A stretch of 64,000 nucleotides of DNA, taken from NCBI RefSeq assembly GCF_006345805.1, contig NC_043024.1, positions 12,648,001-12,712,000 on the forward strand, given 5' to 3'. A program made the position numbers and the translations under genes. The notes beneath the pieces were generated by a model, which ran no database searches, had not been told where the DNA came from, and saw nothing but the letters and a program-made list of their open reading frames with translations. Positions 1 to 12,948 of this stretch are shown here, piece after piece. The stretch's first letter is position 1; each line of letters starts with the position of its first letter. The DNA is from Octopus sinensis (lineage: Eukaryota).

Positions 1-78
1 GGTGGCTATAGCAGAAGGCACTTACCCAAGGTGCGAAGCAATGGGACTGAACCCAGGACCATGGATGCAAGCTACTTA
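1..78 (-). mobile_element. SINE family A, 5' head fragment
   Basis: Reverse complement of the family A head (cacttacccaaggtg...gggactgaacccaggaccatgg...gctactt) seen complete at 48236-48610 and 61698-62106. Confidence 0.75.
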
Positions 79-199
79 CGTGGATGTAAATAGCTTGCAT
101 CCATGTGGTTGGGATGCAAGCTACTCACCATACAGCCACTCCTGTCTTGATTTCTCTCTCACAGCGCAGCATCCTTTATTCCAGTACACAAACTCACAG

Positions 200-237
<38 letters not shown>

Positions 238-329
238 CACATAAAAAAGTGAGATGTATGAGGTGAATATATTTATTTCATTGGTAGCCGCGTCCACCAG
301 AGTTGCTTTCTGTAAATGTCTCAGAATTC

Positions 330-522
330 TATCAATCGAGATCGCTAGCCACTAAACCTTTCTTCATTTTCTCTCCCTGTTTATTTCTGTGTTCCTTTCT
401 GTTGCAGAGCATAGGCTCGAAACGTAAAAGACTTTCTCACTTCCCGAGCATTAAACTAATATAACTATTTGTTGTTTACACATCCGTCTTCGTCTTTTGT
501 ATTTTTGGTAAATTCTCACTAT
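330..522 (+). mobile_element. Short non-coding element (family G) with HHR-like motif, ending in (TA)n
   Basis: Homologous to 37478-37661 (+) and 49583-49690 (-); shared gagc-n4-gctcgaaacgtaaaagact...cgtcttttgt block. Confidence 0.75.
395..430 (+). ncRNA. Degenerate minimal hammerhead motif (core CUGUUGC)
   Basis: Stem I CUUU/AAAG, extra A, stem II GAGC/GCUC, GAAAC-GU-A. Core deviates at A6 and A9. Confidence 0.4.
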
Positions 523-536
523 ATATATATATATAT

Positions 537-740
537 GGTTAATCCAAACAAGAAAGCACAAAAATACACAACAACGCGAGGACGTGGAACAAATATAGTA
601 TTATTGGACGCTCAGGAAAGAAGGAGGGTTTAACGTTTCGAGCGGAGCTCTTCGTCGGAAACATAGGAGAAGGATAGATCCAGAGAAGGGAAAACAGAGG
701 AAAAAAAATTGCCAACGATACACACGCGGTCACATACGTA
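537..740 (-). mobile_element. Short non-coding element (family H) with HHR motif, flanked by (TA)n
   Basis: Bounded by (AT)n on both sides; stem II related to family G; tail-to-tail with the 330-522 copy. Confidence 0.65.
628..662 (-). ncRNA. Minimal type I hammerhead motif, CCGACGA core variant
   Basis: Minus strand reads GUUU-CCGACGA-A-GAGC-ucc-GCUC-GAAAC-GU-U-AAAC: stem I 4 bp, stem II 4 bp, palindromic ACGU stem III. Confidence 0.6.
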
Positions 741-1753
741 TATATATATATATTGTATGTGTTTATGCGCACTGAATCACTTCGCTTGTGAATCAGAATA
801 TCAAATTGGAATTGTAATAAAGATGTTATGCGATTAAGAATGTGAGTTCATCGTCAACAAATTCGAGGGTAATAACCAATGACTAATAAATATTTGGTTT
901 TAAATACAGCAAATAAAACCTCGTAATATTAAGTTTCTTTACTGTAACATCGTATAAACAATACTACTGAGGAATAAAGTGTCAAAATAGATTATGTCTA
1001 TTAGACAAATATATCATGGTAAAATGATAAAATATTAAAGGATAAAAACTTGAAATACTTTTCCAGTTTTGCCAGTTCTCATATTTGTCCAATACGTAGA
1101 TGAGAACAATTCAGCCAAGATCTAAATGAACAAAGCAAACCAATTCATTCATCAACATTGTCGCTGGCTGCAATTTGATTTCTCACTTTCTCTACCCAAA
1201 TAAGTGTGTGTAAGGTAAGTTGCAATTAACACAGTTTACTTTATGAAACCCGTGATAATTGACAAAATTGTGACACCAGTTAATGAAACGCTTCCCAGCT
1301 GTGACTGTTTCCTTTTGCTTTTAGGTTCAAGGAAAACATACACCAAGGCACAGTGTTGCATCTCAAATTGGGTTTCTGATTCGCTGTCAATACTTAACAT
1401 TTAAATGGCGCTGGTTGTAGGAGATTTAGCTGATGGGTCTCTCTCTCTCTCTCCCTTTCTCTCTCTCTTTCTCTCCTTCTTCATCGTGGAATGAACTATA
1501 TTTTCTACCTGACAGATTCTAACTGTCAATTGTATTTTATATTTTCAAGAGTGCATCTTGGGTCAATAGAAATCAATATAAAAAAACTCCCCAAAATCAT
1601 GATGAAAAAATCTTGGAAGATGAAAATGAAAATTAATATTTAAATGATTGACACATTCTGTCTGTTAAATAAACACTTTTCTTAGCTATTTATTCATCGG
1701 CGAGTTTTGGAGTATAATAAATATAATCGCCATACATACATACATACATACAT

Positions 1754-1792
<39 letters not shown>

Positions 1793-1959
1793 TACATACA
1801 CACAAACACACGGACACATACGCCTACACACACAAGCACACATACGCACATACACGTATGCCTTTATGCGTGCATAATGTTTTAAGAGCTATTGAATACA
1901 CATCTATATACACACGATGTATATGCAATGATTTAATATCAACACAAACACACACAGAC

Positions 1960-1990
<31 letters not shown>

Positions 1991-2094
1991 TGTATGTATG
2001 TATGTATGCACGTATGTATGTATGTGTGTATGTATATGCCTGTAATAATAGATATATTGTTACAAACCTACTATATCGGTCTGACCGTCTAATT

Positions 2095-2470
2095 CAAGAG
2101 TGACAGTGTTGTAAGAAGCTGGCTTCCGAAACACATGGTTCCGGGTTCAGTCTCACTACGTGGCAACTTGGACACCTCTCTTCTACTATAGACTCGGGCC
2201 GACCAAAGCCTTGTGAGTGGATTTGGTAGTCGGAAACTGAAAGACGCCCGTCGTATACACACACATGTATTTGTGTGTCTATGTCCGGCCACCATGGCTT
2301 GACAACTAAGGTCGGTGTGTTTATCTCCCCGTAACTTAGCGGTTCAACAAAATAGACCGATAGAATAAGTACTATGCTTACTAAGTCCATGGGTCGATTT
2401 GTTCGATCAGATGCGGTGCTCCAGCATGGTCGCGGTCAAATGATTGAAATAAGAAAAACTAAAAGAATAA
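2095..2470 (+). mobile_element. tRNA-derived SINE family A, near full length, with internal (CA)/(TG) tract
   Basis: Head with B-box-like ggttccgggttcagtc; central ggatttggtagtcggaaactgaaag; tail gcggtgctccagcatggtc...aaaagaataa. Confidence 0.85.
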
Positions 2471-2749
2471 TTACGTTTATATATTTGTTTTTCTTGATGT
2501 GATTCTTGATGTGAAACCGTGTGTTGAAACAGATATTGCTGTATTTGGGGAATGGCCATGTTGCCAGTTTAGCCACTAAAAACACACGCACTAAATAAAG
2601 CTGAAGCAAATTAACACCAAATATATAGTGCGTGTGTTTTATTGCTTTATTGGCCAAACTAGCAACATGACCATCCCCAAATACAACAATAAAATAATAA
2701 TAATAATAATGATAATAATTATAATAATAATATATATATATATATATTT

Positions 2750-2990
2750 ATTAATAAAATATTAGGGAATAAATCCAAACTTACAGGGAAAAATCAGATT
2801 TAGGATTAAATCCAATTTTATAGTATAAATATATTATATTATATTATATTAAATTAGAGATAAAACCATTATTAGGCAAATCAAACAATGAAAAACATAA
2901 GCCAATACATAAAATTAATTTAATTTATATTATTTTAAATATATATCAAAAGTATTAAAAGTTTAATAAAAGATAAAGAGTAAATATATA
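2750..2990 (-). mobile_element. Truncated relative of the AT-rich element at 37670-38098 (no HHR part)
   Basis: aataaatccaaacttacagggaaaaaatcagatttaggattaaatccaattttatagta matches 37692-37750. Confidence 0.7.
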
Positions 2991-4736
2991 TATATATATT
3001 ATCGTTTATTTATTTTATATATACATAAGTGTATGTGTGTGTGTGTGTGTGTGCGGGCAAATACAGACACCACCATAAACCGCATTGACTCCCACCAACC
3101 TCCAAGAACATCTTGACAGCTTGTATCTTCATGTGGCACTTTACCAAATAAACACAAAACCCATCACCATTACGGCTACACTAGCAGTCTATATGTTGTG
3201 TGAGTCGCTATCTCCGTGTGTGTATATTAGTATTCCTATATTTGTTTATACATATATACATATTTATATAATTCTTGTGATTATATATGAGAGCGCGTGT
3301 GTGTGTATGTGTGATTGTTTCGGATTATGTGTGTTATTGATGTAATCAAAGCTGAGATAAATAGTTCGGTTAATTATTAGTTCAGGAATCTCGACGTTTG
3401 ATGTCTTTGTATATCTCGTATTGATCATTCGATAAAGATTTAATTCCAACGAAGCTAATGTTACCAGAGATGTGGTGCCACTGTTGTAGCAGGATTCTTA
3501 ATCTGAGGTTTCCTAGCAAATGAGCAGGCAAACCTCTTGATGTAATGTTTATCAAACCTTTAACAACAAGGTTTTGAAGCTTCATTTGCAAAGAAAGCCT
3601 TTCCAAAGATCTTACAACAAATATCTGAAATAATATTTTATTAGGTTGGTTTTATTGAAAATGTTTGAACCATATTTTTGCTTTTGAATGTTTTGGAGAA
3701 TGTTTCGGTTTCACTACGCAGTAACTTACGAAAATGTCCGCTACTATTGCCCCCGCCCCACGGGTTGACCAGTGATTTGTAAGTGAATTCGGTAGGCAGA
3801 ATCTGCGTGGAAGAGAGTTAAGTTTTACGTCAAATCTCGAAGTATATCCAAATACTAAACTATAAAGCATTAAGCTGTGATAATATGTCAAAAATTTCTT
3901 TGCTCGTCTGCCCGACTACTGTTGTCGTCTGTTGAAGTTTTTAGTGTTATTAATGGTTAAGTTGAGTATTTTAACTCCACTTTCTAATAGGTAGGCGTTT
4001 CGTGTGCTTTTATGATAAATATAAATTTTAATTGTATAGCTGTCTAACGCTATTTAGCGCCTGCAGCCACCTATGTTATTGTTGTTGTTATTATCAATTT
4101 ATATTTATCGCAGCTAGTAAAAACAATTTTGTTGTGTCTAGGGAGAGTCATTCTCTTTTAGGGGCCTTATTATCTCAGACACCGGTAAAGTTTCCATATT
4201 TATTTTTCCTAAATTTTCGTTGCGTCTTGCAACCTCTTCAAGAGTCGCTGACTCTGTCCGTTATCCAAGCTGCGTTCTTTCTGTTTGTTCGTGCGCATGC
4301 GTTTGTGCGTGTCGGCGTGTGTGTGCATACACATGTATGTATGTATGTGTGTATGCCTGTAGTTAAGTGTTGTATGCATGTATGTATGTGCGTATGTATA
4401 TATGTGTGTATACGCTTGTATGTATTCTGCATATTCATGTTTGCGTTTGTGTGTTTTCATGTGTGTACCTCTGTCTCCTTGTGTGTGCATGTGTGAGTGT
4501 GAGTATGTGTGTATGGTTTTTTGCTACTATGTACCGTGTCTGTATGTATGGATGTGTGTCTCCATATGTGTCCTTGTATGAAGTGAGGTGTGTGTATATG
4601 ACCATGTGTTTCAGTTTTCATTTGCGTATGTCTGTGTGCTTCTCTGTTCATATTACCTACGTACATATCCGTCTGTATGTTTATCTGTTTACTTTCATAT
4701 CGATTTGTCTACATACATGTGCACACACACACACAA

Positions 4737-4767
<31 letters not shown>

Positions 4768-4850
4768 CATCTACATAACAGCCCGCTACCTGTATCCAAA
4801 AACGAAGTAATAATATCTTTATAAATATTTGCTTTTGAATATTTACCCTT

Positions 4851-4904
<54 letters not shown>

Positions 4905-4954
4905 ATGTATGCATGCATACATGCATATATACACACATTCATACATATGAGTGT

Positions 4955-5155
4955 GTATGTGTTTTTTCCACCATCACTTCACAACAGTTGTTGATCTGCT
5001 AACATCTCGACCTGGAGGTTCGGCAAAAGAAACCGATAGAAGTGTACCAAGTTAAATGATAAGTACTGAGGTACCTTTGGTTGACTAAACTCTTCAAGGC
5101 ACTGCCTCAGCATGGCTCCAACCCCATGGCCGAAACGTGTGGAAGATAAAAGATC
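4955..5155 (+). mobile_element. SINE family A-type 3' fragment
   Basis: ggttcggcaaaagaaaccgataga...aaggcactgcctcagcatggc...gaaacgtgtggaagataaaagat tail. Confidence 0.6.
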
Positions 5156-5833
5156 GCTTTATATAATTCCATATTCCAGGATTTTATAAAGAGAAGAAAG
5201 AACATCTGGTCAACGCTTACACGTTTCATGGAGTAAATCTATTGTTTTAATATCATAAACCGTGTTTGCTTTTCTCGTTTATTCGTGTATTTATTGACTG
5301 ACTGAAACCAGATGTGCAGCACCTGACGTAGCGAGACCTGAAATGTCAAACAACCAGGAAGAAGCGAGCGTCTATGTGGTCGCATTGCATGCTAGACACT
5401 GCAGCCAAAACTCACATCTGTCACGTTATGGAGGACGAAATATAAAAGATATTTTGGTTCAAATACACTTCCGCTGAACAACAATAAAAATCAGAAAGCA
5501 AAGTAATCCTGATTGTGATGTCTTTAGTCAGACTGCAACGTCTATCTATTGTTGGGTCCACCCTTGGCCTGACCTTGGGTTAAAAAACAACAACAATACA
5601 GTAGATGCTTTCTTCCTCCTCGTTTCCATTCGTTCCTGCGCGTGCTGCACTGTTGCTTCTCTTATTTATGCCAGTATTTTATCCTTCTGAATGTCTTATC
5701 TATCTATCTATCTGTCTGTCTGTCTATCTATCTATCTGAACCAATTGTATCAGGAAAGCAGAGTCTACAGGATGGAGTAGTTGATGGGAGTGTACATCAA
5801 AGTTTCCGCAATGGGAAAAAATACCACTCTAAC

Positions 5834-6055
5834 ATTTATTTCTTTATTGCCCATGGGGGCTAAACACTGAGGGAACAAACAAGGAATTAAGTCGATTATA
5901 TTGACCCAGTGCGTAACTGGTACTTATTTAATCGACCCGAAAGGATGAAAGGCAAAGTCGACCTCGGCGGAATTTGAACTTGGAACGTTGCGGCAGACGA
6001 AATACCGCTAAGCATTTCGCCCGGCGTGCTAACGTTTCTGCCAGCTCACCGCCTT
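5834..6055 (-). mobile_element. tRNA-derived SINE family B
   Basis: Minus strand: ggcggtgagctggcagaaacgttagc head, B-box gttccaagttcaaattcc, conserved gtcgactttgcctttcatcc core; near-identical to 31934-32166. Confidence 0.85.
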
Positions 6056-6399
6056 TATCACTCAAACATCATCAACAAGAATGCTATGAGACTGGAATTG
6101 GAAATTATTGTACCGCAAGTTGAATGGATGAAGTCCACATCTACAGAAGTGAAAAATGTGGGGGTTTAGCCTTCATACTGAAAGAATCTGGTACCAAAAC
6201 GAAAGTGCTCGCACCAGAGGTGGGTGCGAGTGAGTGTGTGTTCAAATCCGCCTTTGGGAGAACGAGCATCTTAAAGAAATAGAGAAGCATGTGAGAAATT
6301 CAAATAGAAGCAGAAACAAGTGGATTTTAGAAAGCAGACGAGCATGGCGTCACAGACTAAACTAGTTTCGAAACCCGAGGTACCTTGTCTCTGGGACGC

Positions 6400-7030
6400 G
6401 TTAACCTTTCAGAAAACTTCTCATGCACACATTGGAACAGGGTGTGGCATCATAGTGATATCGCTATACATAATAACCTAGAAACCCGAGACGGTAGCCA
6501 GAATGTAAACAACGGCAGAACAACAGATGCACAAGCAAGAAGGATATATGGTTCCAGTGCGATTAACAGGAAAAACTGGTAGAGAAAAAAATCTCTTTAA
6601 TTGTGGTAAAATTAAAATTTGTCATTTAAATACTGAACGTAAGATTACATCAGGAAGAAATTCATTTTTCTATGCCGGTGCTTCTTCGACAAGCTTCAAA
6701 TCAAGGAAGGCAGACCACTTAAATTCATTTAAGGATAGACTTGAAATACGCAACAGTAGCTCGAGCAAGTTCGAGCCAGGTCCCTCGGGGATAAAAACGC
6801 TAGCTTTAATATAGAATGGGAAAGAATTAGCAGATCTTTTTTATAATCAGAGTAACACATGCAAGACACAGAAAACTTCTCTATAATCTAGAAAAAGAGG
6901 AAAAACATGTAACTTTTTTATAAAGGGAATTTACCAAATATTTACATCGAAACACCAGTTGCTTAACAGTAGACTCGAACAGGTTTTAAGATATCTGCAC
7001 ATGTATGGAAAAACCTTTAAATACTTTCAT
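6400..7030 (+). mobile_element. Decayed Penelope-like element: linker, GIY-YIG endonuclease and C-terminus
   Basis: Translated remnants FNCGKIKICHLN (CxC..CPL-type), FYAGASSTSFKSRKADHLNSFK (Y-I-G..FK.R..NH..SF), FNIEW, LLNSRLEQVLRYLH; same motif order as the PLE at 39560-40900. Confidence 0.65.
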
Positions 7031-7517
7031 GCAGGTGATGGATAGGATAGTATCCGCTACGCAAATGAGAGGCACCTGAATTTAAGGAGTAAATGTTCTA
7101 AAAAGACATCTGGTTTAACTTCCAAATAGTTATTGATATTTTCCCCAGCTTAAAATGTCTTTTTTATAATCATAGTAACACATGGAAGACCCAGAAAACT
7201 TCTCTATAATCTAAACCTCAATTAAACAGTGCACTTTTCCTATAAACACCATAAATAAGCTCTTTATACGACAAACGTATAATTATATCTGACAGAATTA
7301 TTTAAAATAAAATTTAATTTCTTTTTCTTTAAACTGTTTCAATACATGGCAATTGTACTAAACGCTGAAGATATATACGCTGACCTATTTATATAGAACT
7401 CTCAGTTTCTTGTTCCAACTAAGGTCGACATGAAATCAAATACAAGCTCAAGTTTTATAGCCTTATCATGTTTCTTCAGTTCACTCTCACCACCCACTTT
7501 CTTTATGCAGCTAAAAC

Positions 7518-7520
<3 letters not shown>

Positions 7521-7577
<57 letters not shown>

Positions 7578-7587
7578 TTATTATATA

Positions 7588-7623
<36 letters not shown>

Positions 7624-7633
7624 TTATTATATA

Positions 7634-7673
<40 letters not shown>

Positions 7674-7686
7674 TTATTATATATGC

Positions 7687-7717
<31 letters not shown>

Positions 7718-7734
7718 GCATACATTTATGTGCA

Positions 7735-7781
<47 letters not shown>

Positions 7782-7803
7782 TATATATATGCATTATTAT
7801 ATA

Positions 7804-7841
<38 letters not shown>

Positions 7842-7975
7842 TTATATATGCATATATATATATATATATATATATGTGCATTATTATATATGCATACATT
7901 TATGTGTGTTCATATATATATATGCATTATTGTATATGCATACATTTATGTGCATATATGTATATATATATATAG
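7521..7975. repeat. Compound repeat: gcattattatatatgca spacers separated by variable (TA)n
   Basis: Spacer motif recurs many times between AT runs. Confidence 0.9.
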
Positions 7976-8330
7976 GCGCAGTCGTGGCAATGTTGTAAGA
8001 AGCTTGCTTCCCAACTACAGAGATCTGGGTTCACTCCCACTGCGTGGCACCTTGGGTAGATATCTTCTACAATCGCCTCGAGTCGACTAAAGTCTTGTGA
8101 GTGGATTTGGTAAACAGAAACTAAAAGAAGTACGTCGTATATATATGTATATATGTATTTATGTGTATCTGTGTTTGTCCCCACTCCATGACTTGATAAC
8201 CGGTGTTAGTGAGTTTATGCCCCCGTAGGCTAGTGGCTCGGTAAAAGATATCGATAGCATAAGTGCCAGGCTTGAAGCAAAAAGTATCAGGGTGAATACA
8301 TTCGAGTATAAATTCTTCAGGGTGGTCTAC
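7974..8330 (+). mobile_element. SINE family A, diverged
   Basis: ggcgcagtcgtggcaatgttgtaagaagcttgcttcccaac head; gtgagtggatttggtaaacagaaact core. Confidence 0.8.
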
Positions 8331-8426
8331 ACATTGGCGATTAGCGAAATATTTCATAGAATTTTGTAGTGAATACTTATGTACGGACACAAGAATTAAG
8401 TCCGGGAAAAACCGAATCGAACGGTG

Positions 8427-8476
8427 CCTACTGACGAGGCCACAGAACCAGCCGAAACCGACCGGTCAGTATAAGG
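8427..8476 (+). ncRNA. Type I hammerhead motif with near-palindromic stem III
   Basis: CCUA-CUGACGA-GGC-n10-GCC-GAAAC-cgaccggtca-GU-A-UAAGG; flanks 8402-8424 and 8478-8499 extend stem I imperfectly. Confidence 0.6.
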
Positions 8477-8659
8477 AGTTCTCGATCGGTATTTTCGGGC
8501 AATTACAATCTCTGACAGTACACATGTATACAATGAAGTGCTTTAAGAACAGCTTTAAAGCTTTTTAGTTCTTATTTCTAGCAATGTATGTGTTCCAGCA
8601 CCCTACTCCTCTAGTGACAATTATAGTTTCCCTTTGTCCTAACACACTGTGCATAGCTG

Positions 8660-8660
8660 T

Positions 8661-8691
<31 letters not shown>

Positions 8692-8843
8692 CATACATAC
8701 ATATATATATATATATACGTATATATATAGATATAATATTATTTATATATATATATATATACAAACAAATATGTATACACACATATGTATATATATCCAT
8801 GTATATATATACAAGCATAGATATGTATACACACACACATATG

Positions 8844-8879
<36 letters not shown>

Positions 8880-8917
8880 ATATACACATTTATACATGTG
8901 TGTATATATATACAGTA

Positions 8918-9000
<83 letters not shown>

Positions 9001-9027
9001 CTATATATATATATATACATGTATCTA

Positions 9028-9066
<39 letters not shown>

Positions 9067-9069
9067 CTA

Positions 9070-9106
<37 letters not shown>

Positions 9107-9300
9107 GCACACATATATATTTCTGTCTATGTATATATATATATATATTATATATGTGTGTGTGTGTATATATGCATACGTATATTACGTTCCACTATGT
9201 CTATGTATAAATACACATAGGACATGCACACATGTTTGTGTGTTCATGTGTTTGTGTGTGTGTCTGTGTGTGTGTCTGCGTGTGTGTCTGCGTGTGTCCA
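8660..9300. repeat. (TG)n/(TA)n microsatellite block with catgtatct spacers
   Basis: Direct reading. Confidence 0.9.
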
Positions 9301-9464
9301 TATACGAAAACATTGCAACTACAATGAATCTATCTGAAGACACACAACGTCTCTGTTGAATGTAGCGTTCTGTTTACTGTGTTTACAAAACAGCCTGGAA
9401 TGAAGAGGTGTTCGAACACCCATACATCCACCCCCCCGCACACTCACACATACACACATACACA

Positions 9465-9509
<45 letters not shown>

Positions 9510-10369
9510 GCACTTGCACTGTCGTCACACGACGTGCATAAAACCGCCAACCTCTGAACATTTATTTGTAAAACAAGCTGGGCAATTTAATGTGTTTCGG
9601 CGAAAGAATGCTGTCAGAAGAGTGTCGAAAGTTGTGTAAAGGTGTTGTCGATTTTTTTTTATGGAGTTTGTGAACAGTTAATTCCTGTTTGGCAACCAGT
9701 TCTAAAGCAAGAGCTCTAAAAAGAAGTTTGATGCACACAACGATGAGACTGGATTCTATCTTTCTTTGAAGAAACGGTAAGAAGAGGCTACACAAAGAAG
9801 AAAAAAGCACAATAAAAAAACAGTGAAATTCTTTTATTGGTTGCATAAATACAAACTCCACACACTCATATATACACGTTAAGAGACACACACACGTTGT
9901 GATAATAGATGTATATACTTGTATATACATGTGTATATATGTCTCTCCCTCACATCTCTTCCTCCCTCATTCCTGCCCCACCCCTCATCTTGCTCTCTCA
10001 AAGAAAGATGCGTATTTGCGCCGATTTATTTAATTTGTGTGTGTGTATATACGCATGGAAATGTAGGTTGTGTGTATACATTTAACTATACATACATACG
10101 TAACTGCATGTAAACAGACAGACACACACACACACGTATCTACGTATTCATACAAACATACATGGAGAAGGAGAATTATATATCCACACTCTACGTATAC
10201 TACATACGTAATTACAGGTGAGTGTATCTGCTCGTGTGGGAAGGCAGGTGTGTATGACTACATGCGTGTCATTGATTCCCTGTATTACGATGCACACAGA
10301 CACATCCATACACAAACAAATACACAATTACGCACGCGCACACACAGATATATACACACACGAATACAC

Positions 10370-10373
10370 ACAG

Positions 10374-10410
<37 letters not shown>

Positions 10411-10544
10411 CGTGTATTTTTGTATGAATGTGTATATATATATGTATATATATATATGTATGTGTGTGTGTTTGTGTATGCATAAATGTATGTGTGTATG
10501 CGTTTCTGCATGTGTGTTTTGCTTTTAAGTACGTACGCGTGTTT

Positions 10545-10616
<72 letters not shown>

Positions 10617-10881
10617 GTGTGTGTGTATACCTGTGCGAGTATGTATGAAGTTGTATGTGATGTGTGCGTGAATGTATTTGTGTGAATGTGTGTATTGCGG
10701 TTACATACGTACGTGTGTGTTGTTGTGTGTGTCCGTGTCTGTGTGAATGTGTGTGGGTATGTGTGCGCGCGTGGAAGACTACTGTAATGCTTGAAAGTAT
10801 GGCATATCGACGAGAGAATTCAATTTTATTGCGTTACACTTGAAAAAGTAATTTCATTCTCCCAAATATTTTATGTACATA

Positions 10882-10967
<86 letters not shown>

Positions 10968-11264
10968 GCATGTATATATATATGTATATATATATATAAT
11001 GTATGTGTATATATATATGTATGTATATATGTATATATGCATATATATATATAAATGCATGTATATATATATGTATATATATATATGTATGTGTATATAT
11101 ATATATGTATGTATATATATATGTATGTATATATGTATATATGCATATATATGTATGTATATGTGTGTGTTTGTGTATATATATATTTGTACATATCCAT
11201 CTATCTATCCCGCTCTCTGTATATATAATTACGTAATTATATAGGTCTCTTACTCTCTCTCTCT

Positions 11265-11314
<50 letters not shown>

Positions 11315-11460
11315 TCATTCAGACACAGATACATACGTATATGAAACGTACGTTATACACGTGTATGTGTGTGTGTGTGCGTATATATGTGTAGTTGCGT
11401 GTGCCTGCGCGTGAGCGTGTATATGTGAAAGTGTGTGTACATGCGTGTGTGCGCCTGCGT
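10370..11460. repeat. (CA)n/(TA)n/(TG)n microsatellite block
   Basis: Direct reading. Confidence 0.85.
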
Positions 11461-11589
11461 GTATGTACGTGTGTCATACATTTGGGAAAATAGAATTAGA
11501 TTACAATGGGAAATCAATAATAATTGAATAAAATGATTGACGGAACAATTGTAGGATGATACATATTTTGAAGCATGGAAATCATTACG

Positions 11590-11800
11590 ACAACGAGGAC
11601 GACGGAGATGATGAAGATGATGATGATGATGATGATGGTGGTGTCTATTGTGATGATGATGATGATGATGAAGATGATGGTGTCTATTGTGATGATGATG
11701 ATGATGATGATGTTGATGAAGATGATGGTGTCTATTGTGATGATGATGATGATGATGATGACGATGATGATGCTGGTGTTGGCGGCGGTGATGGTGGTGG
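11590..11800. repeat. (GAT)n tract with three ggtgtctattgt spacers
   Basis: Spacer repeated three times between (GAT)n runs. Confidence 0.9.
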
Positions 11801-12069
11801 ATGTTGCGGGGTGATGTTTGTAGAGATGATGGTGGGGATGGTGGTGATAATAGTTTGGTTCTTTTATTTAGGTGAACCCTGTTCATAACTGGTACTTTAT
11901 TTTTATCTCGTCTAATATCTGGAAGGTGAAACTATCATCAACGAGATTTGAACTCCGAACGTAAAGATTCAGAACAAATACGGAGAACCATTTTGTCCAA
12001 CATTCTAATCTAACGATTCTCTCACTTGAGGGCTTTAACAGGCACCCGACCAACCGTTTTGAGAAGAAA

Positions 12070-12408
12070 ATGTTGGTCGGTGGACTGGAGCGACGATTTG
12101 AAGTGGGAAATACGAAGGTTGTGGTCAATGAAGAAAGGAAACGTGATACCAATAATAATTGGTGCTCTTGGAAGTATCAGAACTCAGATACCAACATGGC
12201 TGAAAAAGATTGGTGCAAATGTGAAGGTAGAACTCCAACAAGAATCAGTATTACTTGGAACTGCAAGAATTCTTCGCAAGGTTCTTGAAGCATGACTAGT
12301 AAAACAAGTGCCACGTTAGTCTGCTGGCTGCAGAGAGCTGGCACTTTCACTCATACCCAGCAAAATCAGCTGTGAGTTTTCATCACATAATAATAATAAT
12401 AATAATAA
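12070..12408 (+). mobile_element. 3' end of an RLE-type non-LTR retrotransposon (R4/Dong-like), ending in (TAA)n
   Basis: DLKWEIRRLWSMKKGNVIPIIIGALG...QESVLLGTARILRKVLEA* is the C-terminal restriction-like endonuclease region; short 3' UTR, then (taa)7. Confidence 0.8.
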
Positions 12409-12948
12409 ATGCCCTGATGCAGTACCAGGCAGTGGCTCTGGTGGCTTCTGATCTTAACTGATTGGAAGTGTTATCATGTACATTGTTTTGTCTTGGTGTA
12501 AAAGATGGGCTACAGCAAATATTCTGCTCAATACCACAGATTTGCTTGTCATTTGTTTGACCTTAACCAGTTGAGCATGTCCCTTAGTGGCTGACGATAT
12601 GTGCATCTCTGATCACGAGCAGAAGTAGTGGAGGAGCATCATAGCCATGTGTTGAGAGGGACTGTTTGGGGTTTGAATAATTCACCTCTGGAAACATGGG
12701 TGTTTCGTTCCACATCCTTAAATAACCCTTATTCAGAGATCTTTTGAGCGGGATGGGTTACTCGATCTGAAGAAAATTCTAAATGGGCTTCACCTGCAAG
12801 GTCATGCGCTGTTTACCTTGATATGAGATTACCATGTCTCGTACATATGGTTGTGATGCATGTGCCTTATCAGACGGGTAGTCATGATAGGTATACTGGG
12901 CTTCATATATTTTACCCCACTTTGATGACATGGGCTGCTCACGCACTC
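12409..12948. mobile_element. Unclassified ~540-bp non-coding insert bracketed by (TAA)n tracts
   Basis: Complex sequence with sharp (aat)n boundaries on both sides; no coding motif recognised; single copy in this window. Confidence 0.4.

Noticed and set aside
11556-11888. Asp-rich ORF with repeated DGVYCDDDD
   Set aside because: It is a (GAT)n tract with reiterated spacers; no splice or domain support.
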